A stretch of 38,377 nucleotides of DNA, taken from the NCBI GenBank assembly GCA_903824155.1, contig CAIJVL010000004.1:1-38377 (forward strand). Reading direction: 5' to 3'. A model generated the notes under the pieces. The model searched no databases, had not been told where the DNA came from, and saw only the letters and a list, made by a program, of their open reading frames with translations. The stretch comes from Candidatus Adlerbacteria bacterium (GTDB lineage: Bacteria; Patescibacteriota; Minisyncoccia; Phycocordibacterales; SBAW01). The position numbers and the translations under genes are program-made. The number at the start of each line of letters is the position of its first letter. Position 1 is the stretch's first letter. Below are positions 1 through 8,978 of this stretch, one piece after another.

Positions 1-3000
1 CCGGGCGTAGATTATGTCTCCGGCTCAAGCTTCTTTAGCTACCCGTTCCCGGCAGGGGCAACGTCATCTCTCGTCGCATTCAACGGCGGCTTCACCACTA
101 CGGGCGCCACTTCAACCGGCACGTTTGCCGTCACTGGTTCAACTACTCTTGCCTCAATCCTGAACGTCGGTGGTGCACTCAATGCAAACGGTGCATTAAA
201 CGCCAACAGTACGCTCACTGTTGCCGGCAACACCTCATTGCAAAATGCCACTTCCACCAGCTTCTTTGCCTCGGTTGCCTCAACCACCAACCTCACCATT
301 AGCAGCGTGCTCGGCTCATTGCTCAAGACTAGTGCAACAGGGCAGGTAGTAGCTGCCGTTGCCGGTACTGACTATGTCACGCCGTCCGGACTTGCGTCTG
401 CGTTTGACTTCACCCCAGGCACCAACTTTGGGGTTGCGGAAAACGCAACTTCGACCCCCATTTGGTTTAAGAATGGTATTCAAGCATCAACCACTTCGCA
501 GTTTGTTGGAGCAAACTTCTTTGGCAATGTCGGCATCGGCTCATCTTCGCCCACGTTCCCGCTCTCAGTAGTAGGAAACGGCTTACTCTCGGGTAATCTC
601 TCGGTGCTCGGAAGCGTCATCACACCCGAGCTTCAATCAGCGAGCGGCTCGCAGATGGTAATAGCCTCCGGTGATGCTAATGATTTTACGGTCTTTAAAA
701 ACGGCCCGTTCGGCGCTATCACGTTGTTGCTTGGCGGCCCTAATGGCGATATTGAACCTACGACTGATATTAATTTGCCCGGCGGTACGTGGGGGTCGGG
801 TAACTTGGTAAATAATGTTGGACCAATATTCCAAAATTCAACTTTTGCAGGCACTACGACCGGCCCGGCGGCGGCATTTGGCGCTTTCCTGCAGCAGTCT
901 GACAATTCAAACTGCAACGCCGGCGGTTCCGGGGGTTGTGAAGGTCTTACTGAAAATTTATACCTCAGTGGCTCTGGAGTAACAGGGTCGCGCGAGGCAG
1001 AGCAGGCTAATTTAAATATTATGGCTGCAACCGCAAACGTTACCGGCCAAGACTATGTCGGCATCGGGTCAAAATGTAACCTGATGGCAACTGATGCCAG
1101 CGGCCTTAGCTCCTGCTTTGGCAATAACCCGGTGTCCCACATCGGTGCAGGCGTTACGGCCGCGCAAAACGTTGGTGAAGAAGTCGACACCTGGGAAGAA
1201 TCCGGTGCAGTGCTTACTGACAGGATCGGTATGCAAATTGTGGATGTACAAGGTTCAACCTACGGTACGCAAGCTTCGCGAGACGATGTTGCACTTTCGC
1301 TTAACAACCAATACCCGCAGTCATCCACACACGGCTTTAAGGTAGGTTTGGAGTTTGGTCGCACGGGAGGCAATTTTGCGGTGGCAACCAACGGCACACT
1401 TATTTACGGACAAGAAGCATTTGGCGCGGGCTTTACCGTAGCTAACGGTATCGATTGGCACCTCGGCACCTTTACGGGCAACTCGTTTAATGACGGCCGC
1501 AGTGTTATTACCGGCAACGGCCGCATTGGTGTCGGTTCATCAACACCGTTTGCCGACCTCTCGGTACAGGCAAACAACGGCGCTACTACTACGACGCTCT
1601 TTGCAATTGGCTCTTCAACGGCGAGCACAAACACTACTATGTTGAGCCTCTCAAATACTGGTACGCTTAATGTAAGTGCGGGTACCAGCGGCACGCAGCA
1701 ATTCTTCTTTGGTGCGACTTCAGACGGCAGTCTTGGCAACCAGCAGCTATTCCAGTCTGACAGCTCGGGCGGCAGCTTGCGCGTTACCGGCCGCGCCGCC
1801 ACTATCATAAGTGGCAACGTAGGCAAATTCTCTTTTACCAACTTTGGTGCGGCAGAAACAGGAAGTGCCATCAGCTTCCAGGGAAATTTGGCAGGCTTTG
1901 GTCGCGAGGGCATTGGTTCGACAACGCCGTTTGCCGACCTATCGATACAGGCTAACAACACCGACACGGCAACCACGCTCTTCGCCATTGCTTCTTCGAC
2001 TCAGACGGCAACGTCAACTCTCTTTAGTATTTCAAACACCGGCTCAACCACGCTGTATCAATTAAACAGCTCGCTCCTTAAGACAAATGCCAACGGCACT
2101 ATTGTTGCGGCGGTTGCAGGAGTTGATTACCAAGCAGCAGGGAACTACGCAAACTTTGGCTACCTCTTCCCGGGCAATGCAACGTCTACTCAAATCGCTT
2201 TCAACAACGGTGCAACGTTTGTTGGTGCAACCACTACCGCACTCGCTGTTAACGGTTCTTCAACAATCTCTTCATTATTAAATGTTGGAGGCAATGCATT
2301 CTTTAACTCAAACGTCGGCGTCGGCACCACTACTCCGGGCCTAGAAACCTTCCCTCTCGGCGTTAACGCCACTCCGCTCTTTACCGTACAGGGTACCGGC
2401 TACTTTGACGGCAGTGTAACCCTTGGTAACCACGCGGCTACCGACCCGGGCGTTAGCCTTTCCATCAACTCGTCCCGCCAGCCGATCGTTATCAACGGTA
2501 CTGCCTTTTACGATGTGGCAAATAATACCCTAAACGTTCCTACCAATATCAACCGCTCCAATGGTCAGGCGGTCAATATCGGCCAGACCGCGAACCCGGC
2601 CGACCTCAACGTCAGCGGTAACCTCACCTCGGGCGCGTTTTCGGCGAACGGCACCATAGACTTTAATACTATTACCAATATTCCTTTCGTATCTAAATCG
2701 CTCGAAAATTACACGCTTCAAGACTTGGGTCCAGGCTGGGCATATCCATACTCATTGCACAGCATCAAGCCGATTGCGAACGGTGCGACGTTTGTTACCG
2801 GAAACTGTGCCGAGGACGTGGCAATCGTGAACTGCGGACTGATCTACGGTCTAAATGTCGACCTCTCGAATGCAACCTCTTCGCAAAAGCAATATGTGCC
2901 GGCAGTCTTTATGGGTGGCAGCGTGGGTATCAACACGGAAAATCCGTTTAATACCAAGCTTTCGGTATGGGGCAAGGCAACCGATGGGTATATTGACACC

Positions 3001-6000
3001 GAGTTGTTCAAAATCTCCTCAACCACACAGGCGGGGACTTCAACCTTGTTTGTAGTTAAAAACAACAACACCTCGGGCTTTGGAAGTTCTTCACCTTTTG
3101 CGCTCCTCTCTCTCCAAGCAAACAACGGCGACACCAACACCACGTTGTTTGCTATCGGCTCGTCGACTGCTTCGGCAACTTCAACATTGTTCAGCATTTC
3201 AAACATCGGCAACTCGTTCCTGAGCGGCACCGCATCAAGTACTGGTTTGATAATCTCAGGACTCGGCGGTGCTACCGGATGCCTTACGCCAACGGCTAAC
3301 GGCACCATTACTACAACAGCATGCAGTTCGGGCGGCGGATCGGCTTTCCCATTTACGCCAACCACCTTCGGCGCAACCGCCGCCAACGCCACCTCAACCC
3401 TCATTGGCTTTACCAACGGTTTGTATGCTCTCGCTTCATCAACCATCGGCAACGGCACGCAAGGCGCCGGTCTCACTGTCAATGGCGGGGCAACCACGAC
3501 TGGCAACGCGTACTTTGCGGGGAATGTGGGGATTGGGACGCTTGCTTCAACTCCGGTCAGCCCCCTTACCGTCTCAGGAAATGCTTTCTTCTCCTCAGGA
3601 GGTATAACGATAGCCGCATCGGGGCCGACCTCTGGTAATAGGGGGAACCTTGCATTTACCGATGCGACGGGCAACCTTAACTACACGACAACCGGTGGCA
3701 CGCAGCAAAACTTTACGTTTAACAACACCGGCAATGTCGGCATCGGCACCACGTCGCCGTATGCACAGTTCTCGCTTGCCACTCCCAACAATGCAAGCGG
3801 ATCGCAATTGAATCTATTTGCTATTGCGTCCTCTACTGCTAGTGCAACCACAACACTCTTTAGTGTTTCAAACACTGGCAACTCGTTCCTTACCGGCACC
3901 GCATCTACTACGGGCCTTATCGTCTCGAGTGCAGGTGGTACGCCAGGCTGCGCAACATTCTCTGCTAACGGCACTATTTCTAACACCGGTACCGCCTGCG
4001 GCGCGGGCGGCGGATCGGCTTTCCCATTTACTCCTACCATCAACTTTGGCGTAAATACGTCGGCTACCTCTACTCCTTTATATGTACTCAACGGCCTGTT
4101 TGCCTCATCGACCAGCCACTTGGCAGCGTTCGACTTTGCTATCGCTACCGGCACGAACCTCACCATCACCGGCTCCTCAACCATCAATGGTGCTTTCAAC
4201 GCGCTTGGCGGGGCAACGTTCGGCTCGCTCACCGACACCGGTGCTACCTCAACCGGTACCTTGGCCGTCACCTCCTCAACAACACTTGCCTCGCTCCTGA
4301 ACGTCGGCGGTGCGCTCAATGCCAACGGTACATTGACTGTTGCGGGGAACACGTCACTTCATCAAGCGACGTCAACGAGCCAGTTTACGCAGAGCCTCCT
4401 TGCCAATGTCGCCTCCTTCGGTCAGACCGGCACGACCACTATCACGTCCGCAGGCTTCCTTGGTGTTGGCACCACATCGCCCTTCGCAAACCTCTCGGTA
4501 TTTGTCGGCGGCAACTACGCTGCGCAAACCGCCTCGACCGTCTTTGCAATAGGTTCCTCGACTGCCGGTACCGCAACCACGACGCTGTTTAGTATCAATA
4601 GCAGTGGCAACTTCTTCCTCTCCGGCACGGCATCGACGACCGGCCTTATTGTTTCCTCAGCCGGCGGCGTAGGCACGCGCTGCGCCCAGTTTGACTCGCT
4701 CGGCACGCTCTCTGCCAACGCATCAGCCTGCGGTTCGGGAGGAGGATCTGCCTTCCCGTTCACTCCATCCACCTTTGGCAGTAGTGCATCAAATGCCACC
4801 GGCACGCTCATAGGCTTTACAGGCGGCCTCTACGCAACCGCATCGTCTACCTTCTCAAGCACCCTTACCCTCAGCGGCGGCCTTATCCAGTACACTGCCA
4901 ACTCCACGTCGACCATCCCTAACAACACGCCATATGCGTGGACCATTGCAACATCAACCACCGCGTCGCCATTGTTTGCCATCAACACCACCAGCGGCAG
5001 CGAGCAGGTTTCAATAGGCGCTCCGGGGTCGGACGTCTACATCGGCGACACCAACTCAAGCCCTAACCTTGTATTCCAGAACAGCTCGATCATCAAAACC
5101 TTTGCCGGCGGCACTATAACTTTTGGCGCGGCAAGCAACGACATCTTTAACTTTGCGGTCAACACCGGCTTTGGCAGCACCACACCGTGGAAGATGCTTT
5201 CGGTCGGTGCAAACAACGTAGGCACCTTTGCGATCTCAACCAGCACCTCGGGCTGTGCGCAGTTCAGCCCCAACGGCGAGCTGTACTCGACCGGCACTAA
5301 CTGCGGCACGGGCTCGGGCGGCACGTTCTCCTTCACACCCGGCACCAACTTTGGCGCGGCAGAGAACGCGACCGGTACGCCGATATTCTTTACCGCAGGT
5401 TTGCAAGCGTCATCCACCTCGCACTTTGCCGCGTTCGACTTTGTGATCGCAACTGGCACTAACCTGACGATTACCGGTTCCTCCACCATCTCGGGCGCCT
5501 TCAACTCAGTTTCATCTAACCTGTTTGCCTCAACGACGCTCCTTGGCAACACGCTGCTCACTAATGCAACAACAACAGCGTTTGCCGTTCTGGGTTCATC
5601 GACCATCTCGGGCGCGTTTAATGTTGGTGGCAACACAACGCTTGCCGGTACGCTCACGGTTAGCGGCAACACGACGCTCAACACGCTCACGCTCTCGTCG
5701 ATCGGGACTTGCAACGGCTCCAATGCACTCCAGGTAACCGGCAGTGCGGTGAACTGCGGCACCATTGCCGGCGGTACCATCGCCAGTGCCGGCGGCTGGC
5801 TTGCGACCTCGACTGGCAGCACGGGCTTCGTGGTCGAGGCAACCTCAACGTTTGCGGTCGGCATTGGAGCCACCTCAAGCCCCTACGCATCGCTGAGCAT
5901 CAAGTCGCCGGCGGCCGCCTCTACAACGCTTGCGCTTGCGCCATTCCTCAACCAGACCGCTGACATCCTTGATATCTTCAATACTGCTACAGTGCCGGTA

Positions 6001-7656
6001 CTGACATCGGTCATTACCGCGGGAGGCAATTGGGGCATCGGCTCGTCTTCACCTTGGGCACAGCTCTCGGTCAATCCCAACGGCATTAGCGGTCCCGCGT
6101 TTGCCATTGGCTCCTCTACCGGTACCAACTTTGTTGTCACCAACGGCGGCTCGGTTGGTGTTGGTACCACCACGCCTTGGGGACGCTTCAGCATCGATAC
6201 GTCAAACCTGTTTGCAGGTGTTCCTGAATTTGTAGTGGGCTCCTCGACGCGTACTGACTTTGTCATCAAGCAAAACGGCAACTATGCCCAGGTGGGTATA
6301 GGCACCAGTTCCGTTGCCACCACTTCACCGGCGCTTGTAGTGCAAGGTGGTACGGCTACTACGCAGCGCGCAGTCGCGTCTTTCTACAACGGTTCCACCG
6401 GCTGTTCTATCAGCCCGGGGGCCGCCTCCGGTGTCCAATGTTCATCCGATCAGCGCCTCAAGAAGAATTTCAATTCAATTAGTGCAACCACTTCGCTCCA
6501 GGATATTCTCAAACTAAACCCGATCTTCTTCAACTGGAAAACCGAGAACGACGGCGACCCGCAGCATTCGGGCTTTATCGCCCAGCAAATACAGCAGGTT
6601 ATACCTGACATAGTCACTACTGATGAAACTACCGGCTATCTTCAGCTTAACTACGCTGGCTTTACCACGTTCCTTGTAGGCGCGGTCCAAGAACTCAATA
6701 ACAATATACTGGGCATCGCGTCGTCGACCGCAACCTTCCCGCAGCTTACAATCCAAAACGGCCTCATCACTATCGGCACTGGCGCCACTTCGACCATTGT
6801 CATAAATGCAGGCACGATCAATTATGTAAACGCTGCAACCACGACCATTGCCGTCGGCACCAACACGTGGACCATCGCCACTTCGACCGCTACCGGCACC
6901 GTGCCTATCATCGCCATCTCGGCTCCGGCATCTTCGACGCCGAGCGTCTCTATCAACGGCAATCTGTACCTTAATGGTCAGGACATTACCTCGGTTGCTT
7001 CAACATCGGCAACCTCGAGTCCTGCGCAACTTGTCGCCGGACCGCTCGCAGCAGCCACCGATGCACTTAAGTCAGCAGTGACTACAGCTCTTAACTCGCT
7101 ACAAAACATAACGCAGCTGGGCGTGCGCCAGCTGGGTGCGGCAGTATATGCGACCGTCGGTACGTTTAATCAGATCTTTGCTACAACGATTACCGCTACT
7201 GACATCACCGCCGACACTGTAAATGCCAACAAGCTGTGCCTCGGCACAACTTGTGTTACGCAGACACAGCTGCAAAATCTTTTGAATGGCAGTGCTGGTA
7301 CCGCCCAAGCTGCCGGCGGCTCGAGCAGCGGTGGAAATGCGGGAGGCAGCAGCACCACAACTGCTGACACTATACCTCCGACCATCACCATTAACGGCGC
7401 CAATCCGGCTACCCTGACTGTAGGTGATAGCTACAGCGATTTGGGCGCAACGGTAACCGACAATGTCGACCAAAACTTGGGATATTATGCCTCGGTTGAT
7501 GGGGGGGCAACTACTACGCCCGACCAGATAAGAATAGATACTTCAGCGGCGGGGACGCATACTATTATATATAGTGCGACCGACCAAGCTGGCAACGTAG
7601 GCACGGCAACCCGCACGGTTAATGTGGTTGAGGCCGCTAGTTCAACAACACCATAA
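1..7656 (+). CDS. Giant secreted surface fibre-like protein, 5'-truncated by the window edge (at least 2551 aa in window). It has tandem S/T/G-rich modules, an internal peptidase-S74-type intramolecular chaperone domain and a C-terminal Ig-like domain.
   Basis: Frame +1 has no stop from nt 1 to TAA 7654-7656. Residues encoded by nt 1-237 (PGVDYVSGSSFFSYPFPAGATSS...TLTVAGNTSLQ) match internal repeat units (compare nt ~4140-4375). The track's Met at 238 is therefore internal and the true start lies upstream of the window. Confidence 0.85.
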   Translation, partial: PGVDYVSGSSFFSYPFPAGATSSLVAFNGGFTTTGATSTGTFAVTGSTTLASILNVGGALNANGALNANSTLTVAGNTSLQNATSTSFFASVASTTNLTISSVLGSLLKTSATGQVVAAVAGTDYVTPSGLASAFDFTPGTNFGVAENATSTPIWFKNGIQASTTSQFVGANFFGNVGIGSSSPTFPLSVVGNGLLSGNLSVLGSVITPELQSASGSQMVIASGDANDFTVFKNGPFGAITLLLGGPNGDIEPTTDINLPGGTWGSGNLVNNVGPIFQNSTFAGTTTGPAAAFGAFLQQSDNSNCNAGGSGGCEGLTENLYLSGSGVTGSREAEQANLNIMAATANVTGQDYVGIGSKCNLMATDASGLSSCFGNNPVSHIGAGVTAAQNVGEEVDTWEESGAVLTDRIGMQIVDVQGSTYGTQASRDDVALSLNNQYPQSSTHGFKVGLEFGRTGGNFAVATNGTLIYGQEAFGAGFTVANGIDWHLGTFTGNSFNDGRSVITGNGRIGVGSSTPFADLSVQANNGATTTTLFAIGSSTASTNTTMLSLSNTGTLNVSAGTSGTQQFFFGATSDGSLGNQQLFQSDSSGGSLRVTGRAATIISGNVGKFSFTNFGAAETGSAISFQGNLAGFGREGIGSTTPFADLSIQANNTDTATTLFAIASSTQTATSTLFSISNTGSTTLYQLNSSLLKTNANGTIVAAVAGVDYQAAGNYANFGYLFPGNATSTQIAFNNGATFVGATTTALAVNGSSTISSLLNVGGNAFFNSNVGVGTTTPGLETFPLGVNATPLFTVQGTGYFDGSVTLGNHAATDPGVSLSINSSRQPIVINGTAFYDVANNTLNVPTNINRSNGQAVNIGQTANPADLNVSGNLTSGAFSANGTIDFNTITNIPFVSKSLENYTLQDLGPGWAYPYSLHSIKPIANGATFVTGNCAEDVAIVNCGLIYGLNVDLSNATSSQKQYVPAVFMGGSVGINTENPFNTKLSVWGKATDGYIDTELFKISSTTQAGTSTLFVVKNNNTSGFGSSSPFALLSLQANNGDTNTTLFAIGSSTASATSTLFSISNIGNSFLSGTASSTGLIISGLGGATGCLTPTANGTITTTACSSGGGSAFPFTPTTFGATAANATSTLIGFTNGLYALASSTIGNGTQGAGLTVNGGATTTGNAYFAGNVGIGTLASTPVSPLTVSGNAFFSSGGITIAASGPTSGNRGNLAFTDATGNLNYTTTGGTQQNFTFNNTGNVGIGTTSPYAQFSLATPNNASGSQLNLFAIASSTASATTTLFSVSNTGNSFLTGTASTTGLIVSSAGGTPGCATFSANGTISNTGTACGAGGGSAFPFTPTINFGVNTSATSTPLYVLNGLFASSTSHLAAFDFAIATGTNLTITGSSTINGAFNALGGATFGSLTDTGATSTGTLAVTSSTTLASLLNVGGALNANGTLTVAGNTSLHQATSTSQFTQSLLANVASFGQTGTTTITSAGFLGVGTTSPFANLSVFVGGNYAAQTASTVFAIGSSTAGTATTTLFSINSSGNFFLSGTASTTGLIVSSAGGVGTRCAQFDSLGTLSANASACGSGGGSAFPFTPSTFGSSASNATGTLIGFTGGLYATASSTFSSTLTLSGGLIQYTANSTSTIPNNTPYAWTIATSTTASPLFAINTTSGSEQVSIGAPGSDVYIGDTNSSPNLVFQNSSIIKTFAGGTITFGAASNDIFNFAVNTGFGSTTPWKMLSVGANNVGTFAISTSTSGCAQFSPNGELYSTGTNCGTGSGGTFSFTPGTNFGAAENATGTPIFFTAGLQASSTSHFAAFDFVIATGTNLTITGSSTISGAFNSVSSNLFASTTLLGNTLLTNATTTAFAVLGSSTISGAFNVGGNTTLAGTLTVSGNTTLNTLTLSSIGTCNGSNALQVTGSAVNCGTIAGGTIASAGGWLATSTGSTGFVVEATSTFAVGIGATSSPYASLSIKSPAAASTTLALAPFLNQTADILDIFNTATVPVLTSVITAGGNWGIGSSSPWAQLSVNPNGISGPAFAIGSSTGTNFVVTNGGSVGVGTTTPWGRFSIDTSNLFAGVPEFVVGSSTRTDFVIKQNGNYAQVGIGTSSVATTSPALVVQGGTATTQRAVASFYNGSTGCSISPGAASGVQCSSDQRLKKNFNSISATTSLQDILKLNPIFFNWKTENDGDPQHSGFIAQQIQQVIPDIVTTDETTGYLQLNYAGFTTFLVGAVQELNNNILGIASSTATFPQLTIQNGLITIGTGATSTIVINAGTINYVNAATTTIAVGTNTWTIATSTATGTVPIIAISAPASSTPSVSINGNLYLNGQDITSVASTSATSSPAQLVAGPLAAATDALKSAVTTALNSLQNITQLGVRQLGAAVYATVGTFNQIFATTITATDITADTVNANKLCLGTTCVTQTQLQNLLNGSAGTAQAAGGSSSGGNAGGSSTTTADTIPPTITINGANPATLTVGDSYSDLGATVTDNVDQNLGYYASVDGGATTTPDQIRIDTSAAGTHTIIYSATDQAGNVGTATRTVNVVEAASSTTP
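526..6300 (+). repeat. Degenerate tandem coding modules inside the giant gene
   Basis: The motif NVG(I/V)G(T/S)xxP..LSV recurs at nt ~526, 1525, 1909, 2311, 2917, 3076, 3523, 3739, 4462, 5167, 6034 and 6160. Larger modules carry GGGSAFPFTP anchors at 3331, 4006 and 4738, with variant GSGGTFSFTP at 5311. An exact 26-nt repeat ggcggcggatcggctttcccatttac lies at 3331-3356 and 4006-4031. Confidence 0.8.
6442..6712 (+). other. Peptidase S74 / endosialidase-type intramolecular chaperone auto-processing domain (domain of the giant CDS)
   Basis: Sequence SSDQRLKKNFNSI..LNPIFFNWK..HSGFIAQQIQQVIPDIV..LQLNYAGFTTFLVGAVQELN. The Ser-x4-Lys spacing (S-D-Q-R-L-K) and the GFIAQ and LNY motifs are characteristic of this family. 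Confidence 0.7.
7366..7632 (+). other. Bacterial Ig-like (DUF5011-like) domain at the extreme C-terminus of the giant CDS
   Basis: DTIPPTITINGANPATLTVGDSYSDLGATVTDNVDQNL..AGTHTIIYSATDQAGNVGTATRTVNVVE follows the P-x-I-x-l-x-G...Y-x-D-x-G-A-x-x-x-D...Y-x-x-x-D-x-x-G-N...R-x-V-x-V pattern. Confidence 0.6.
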
Positions 7657-7694
7657 AAAAGTTTATATCCGAGATAAGTTGCTATAATAAAAGT

Positions 7695-8873
7695 ATGACG
7701 GCAAGAAAAATCCTCACGCTCTCTTTTCTCGTACTTTTCCTTGCGGTTTTTGTGATGCCAGAAAAAACCTTTGCCACGACCTGCGGCACCGGCAGCAATG
7801 TCACCTTCACCGATATCGGCAGCGGCAAGTGCCGCGGGTACCTAACTGCAACAGCCACATCGACGTGGACAGTCCCCACTAATTGGAATAGCTTGAACAA
7901 CACGATAGAAGCGATCGGCGGCGGCGGCGGCGGGAGCGGCGGCGGCGGAAACGCCGGCGGCGGCGGCGGCGAGTATCGCATACTCACGAATTTTGCGACG
8001 ACTTCCGGTATAAGCATCAGCTACATCGTCAGTGCTGGTGGTGCGGGAAGTGTATCAACGGGCAACGGCGCCACGAGCACGCCGACCGTCTTCGGTACGG
8101 CCACTGGTTGCGGTGTTGCGATCTTGTGCGCAAATGGCGGTGGCGGTGGCGTTACACTCTTGGTCAATGGCAATGGTAGAGGTGGGGGGGTTATTGCGCC
8201 AGGTATCGGCGGTACGGGCAACAATGGAGGAGACGGCGGTCTAGGCAGTCTCAATGGCGGTACGGGAGGCGCGGGAGGAGGAGGTGCGGGAGGCCCAAAT
8301 GGCGTCGGTAAAGCGGGTGGTAATGCACCGACTGTAACTGCTGGCGGTTCCGGAGGAGGAGGCACAGGAGGCGCAAGCGGCACGCCAGGAAGCATTGCAG
8401 TATCCCCGACTGGAGCAAATGGCGGATATGGAAATGCGGGCGCAGCCGGCGGGAGTGGCGCTGGTTCCGCCTCGGGTAATGGCGGTGATGCACCTGCTGG
8501 CTCTGGTGCGGGCGGCGGAGGCGCGTTTACTACTTCCGTAGCATCAACACCAGGCTTTAATGGAGGTAGAGGTGCAACGGGAAGCGAATGGGATGGAGCA
8601 GCTTGTACCGCAGCGAGCTTGACACACTGCGGCCCTGGCGGCGGCGGCGGCGGCGGTTCAGGAGGTACTACAGCAGGAGGCACAGGAGGAGCAGGAGCAC
8701 TTTATGGCGGTGGCGGTGGCGGTGGCGCAGATGGCGCTCCTGACGGCAGTGGAGGTGCCGGAGCGCAAGGTATTCTTGTGATCACGTACACGCCCGCTGG
8801 CAGTGGAAGCACCGGCCGCATCATCCGTCTTGTTGGGCGCGTGCGGCTTATCGGCCGCGTGCTTTTGAGGTGA
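7695..8873 (+). CDS. Secreted glycine-rich protein
   Basis: Signal peptide MTARKILTLSFLVLFLAVFVMPEKTFA. A WTVPTNWNSLNNTIEAIGGGGGGSGGGG block is followed by ~300 aa of G/A/S/T-rich sequence that ends GILVITYTP, then an Arg-rich tail GRIIRLVGRVRLIGRVLLR. TGcTATAAT (7680-7688) lies 6 nt before the ATG. Confidence 0.75.
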   Translation: MTARKILTLSFLVLFLAVFVMPEKTFATTCGTGSNVTFTDIGSGKCRGYLTATATSTWTVPTNWNSLNNTIEAIGGGGGGSGGGGNAGGGGGEYRILTNFATTSGISISYIVSAGGAGSVSTGNGATSTPTVFGTATGCGVAILCANGGGGGVTLLVNGNGRGGGVIAPGIGGTGNNGGDGGLGSLNGGTGGAGGGGAGGPNGVGKAGGNAPTVTAGGSGGGGTGGASGTPGSIAVSPTGANGGYGNAGAAGGSGAGSASGNGGDAPAGSGAGGGGAFTTSVASTPGFNGGRGATGSEWDGAACTAASLTHCGPGGGGGGGSGGTTAGGTGGAGALYGGGGGGGADGAPDGSGGAGAQGILVITYTPAGSGSTGRIIRLVGRVRLIGRVLLR

Positions 8874-8978
8874 GGCAGGCCTTATCCACCATCGGTGTAG
8901 GTTGATTTGTTCTCCTACTGTATAATTAACCGGTCATTGGCACATCCTAATTAGCATGTATAATATCTTTACATTTTT

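Noticed and set aside
39-6281. Long antisense and off-frame ORFs inside the giant gene, for example 39-326, 1404-1988, 2844-3674 (276 aa), 3681-4352, 5037-5873 (278 aa) and 5883-6281.
   Set aside because: They lie entirely within, and opposite to, a 7.6-kb ORF with clear repeat and domain structure. The biased, stop-poor codon composition (GCN/ACN/GGN/TCN) keeps the complementary frames open. Their translations are low-complexity (P/V/A-rich) with no motifs.
8021-8683. A 220-aa proline-rich ORF on the minus strand, opposite the glycine-rich gene.
   Set aside because: GGN Gly codons read as NCC Pro codons on the other strand, so this ORF is a mirror artefact. The plus-strand ORF has a signal peptide, a recognisable N-terminal block and a promoter-start arrangement.
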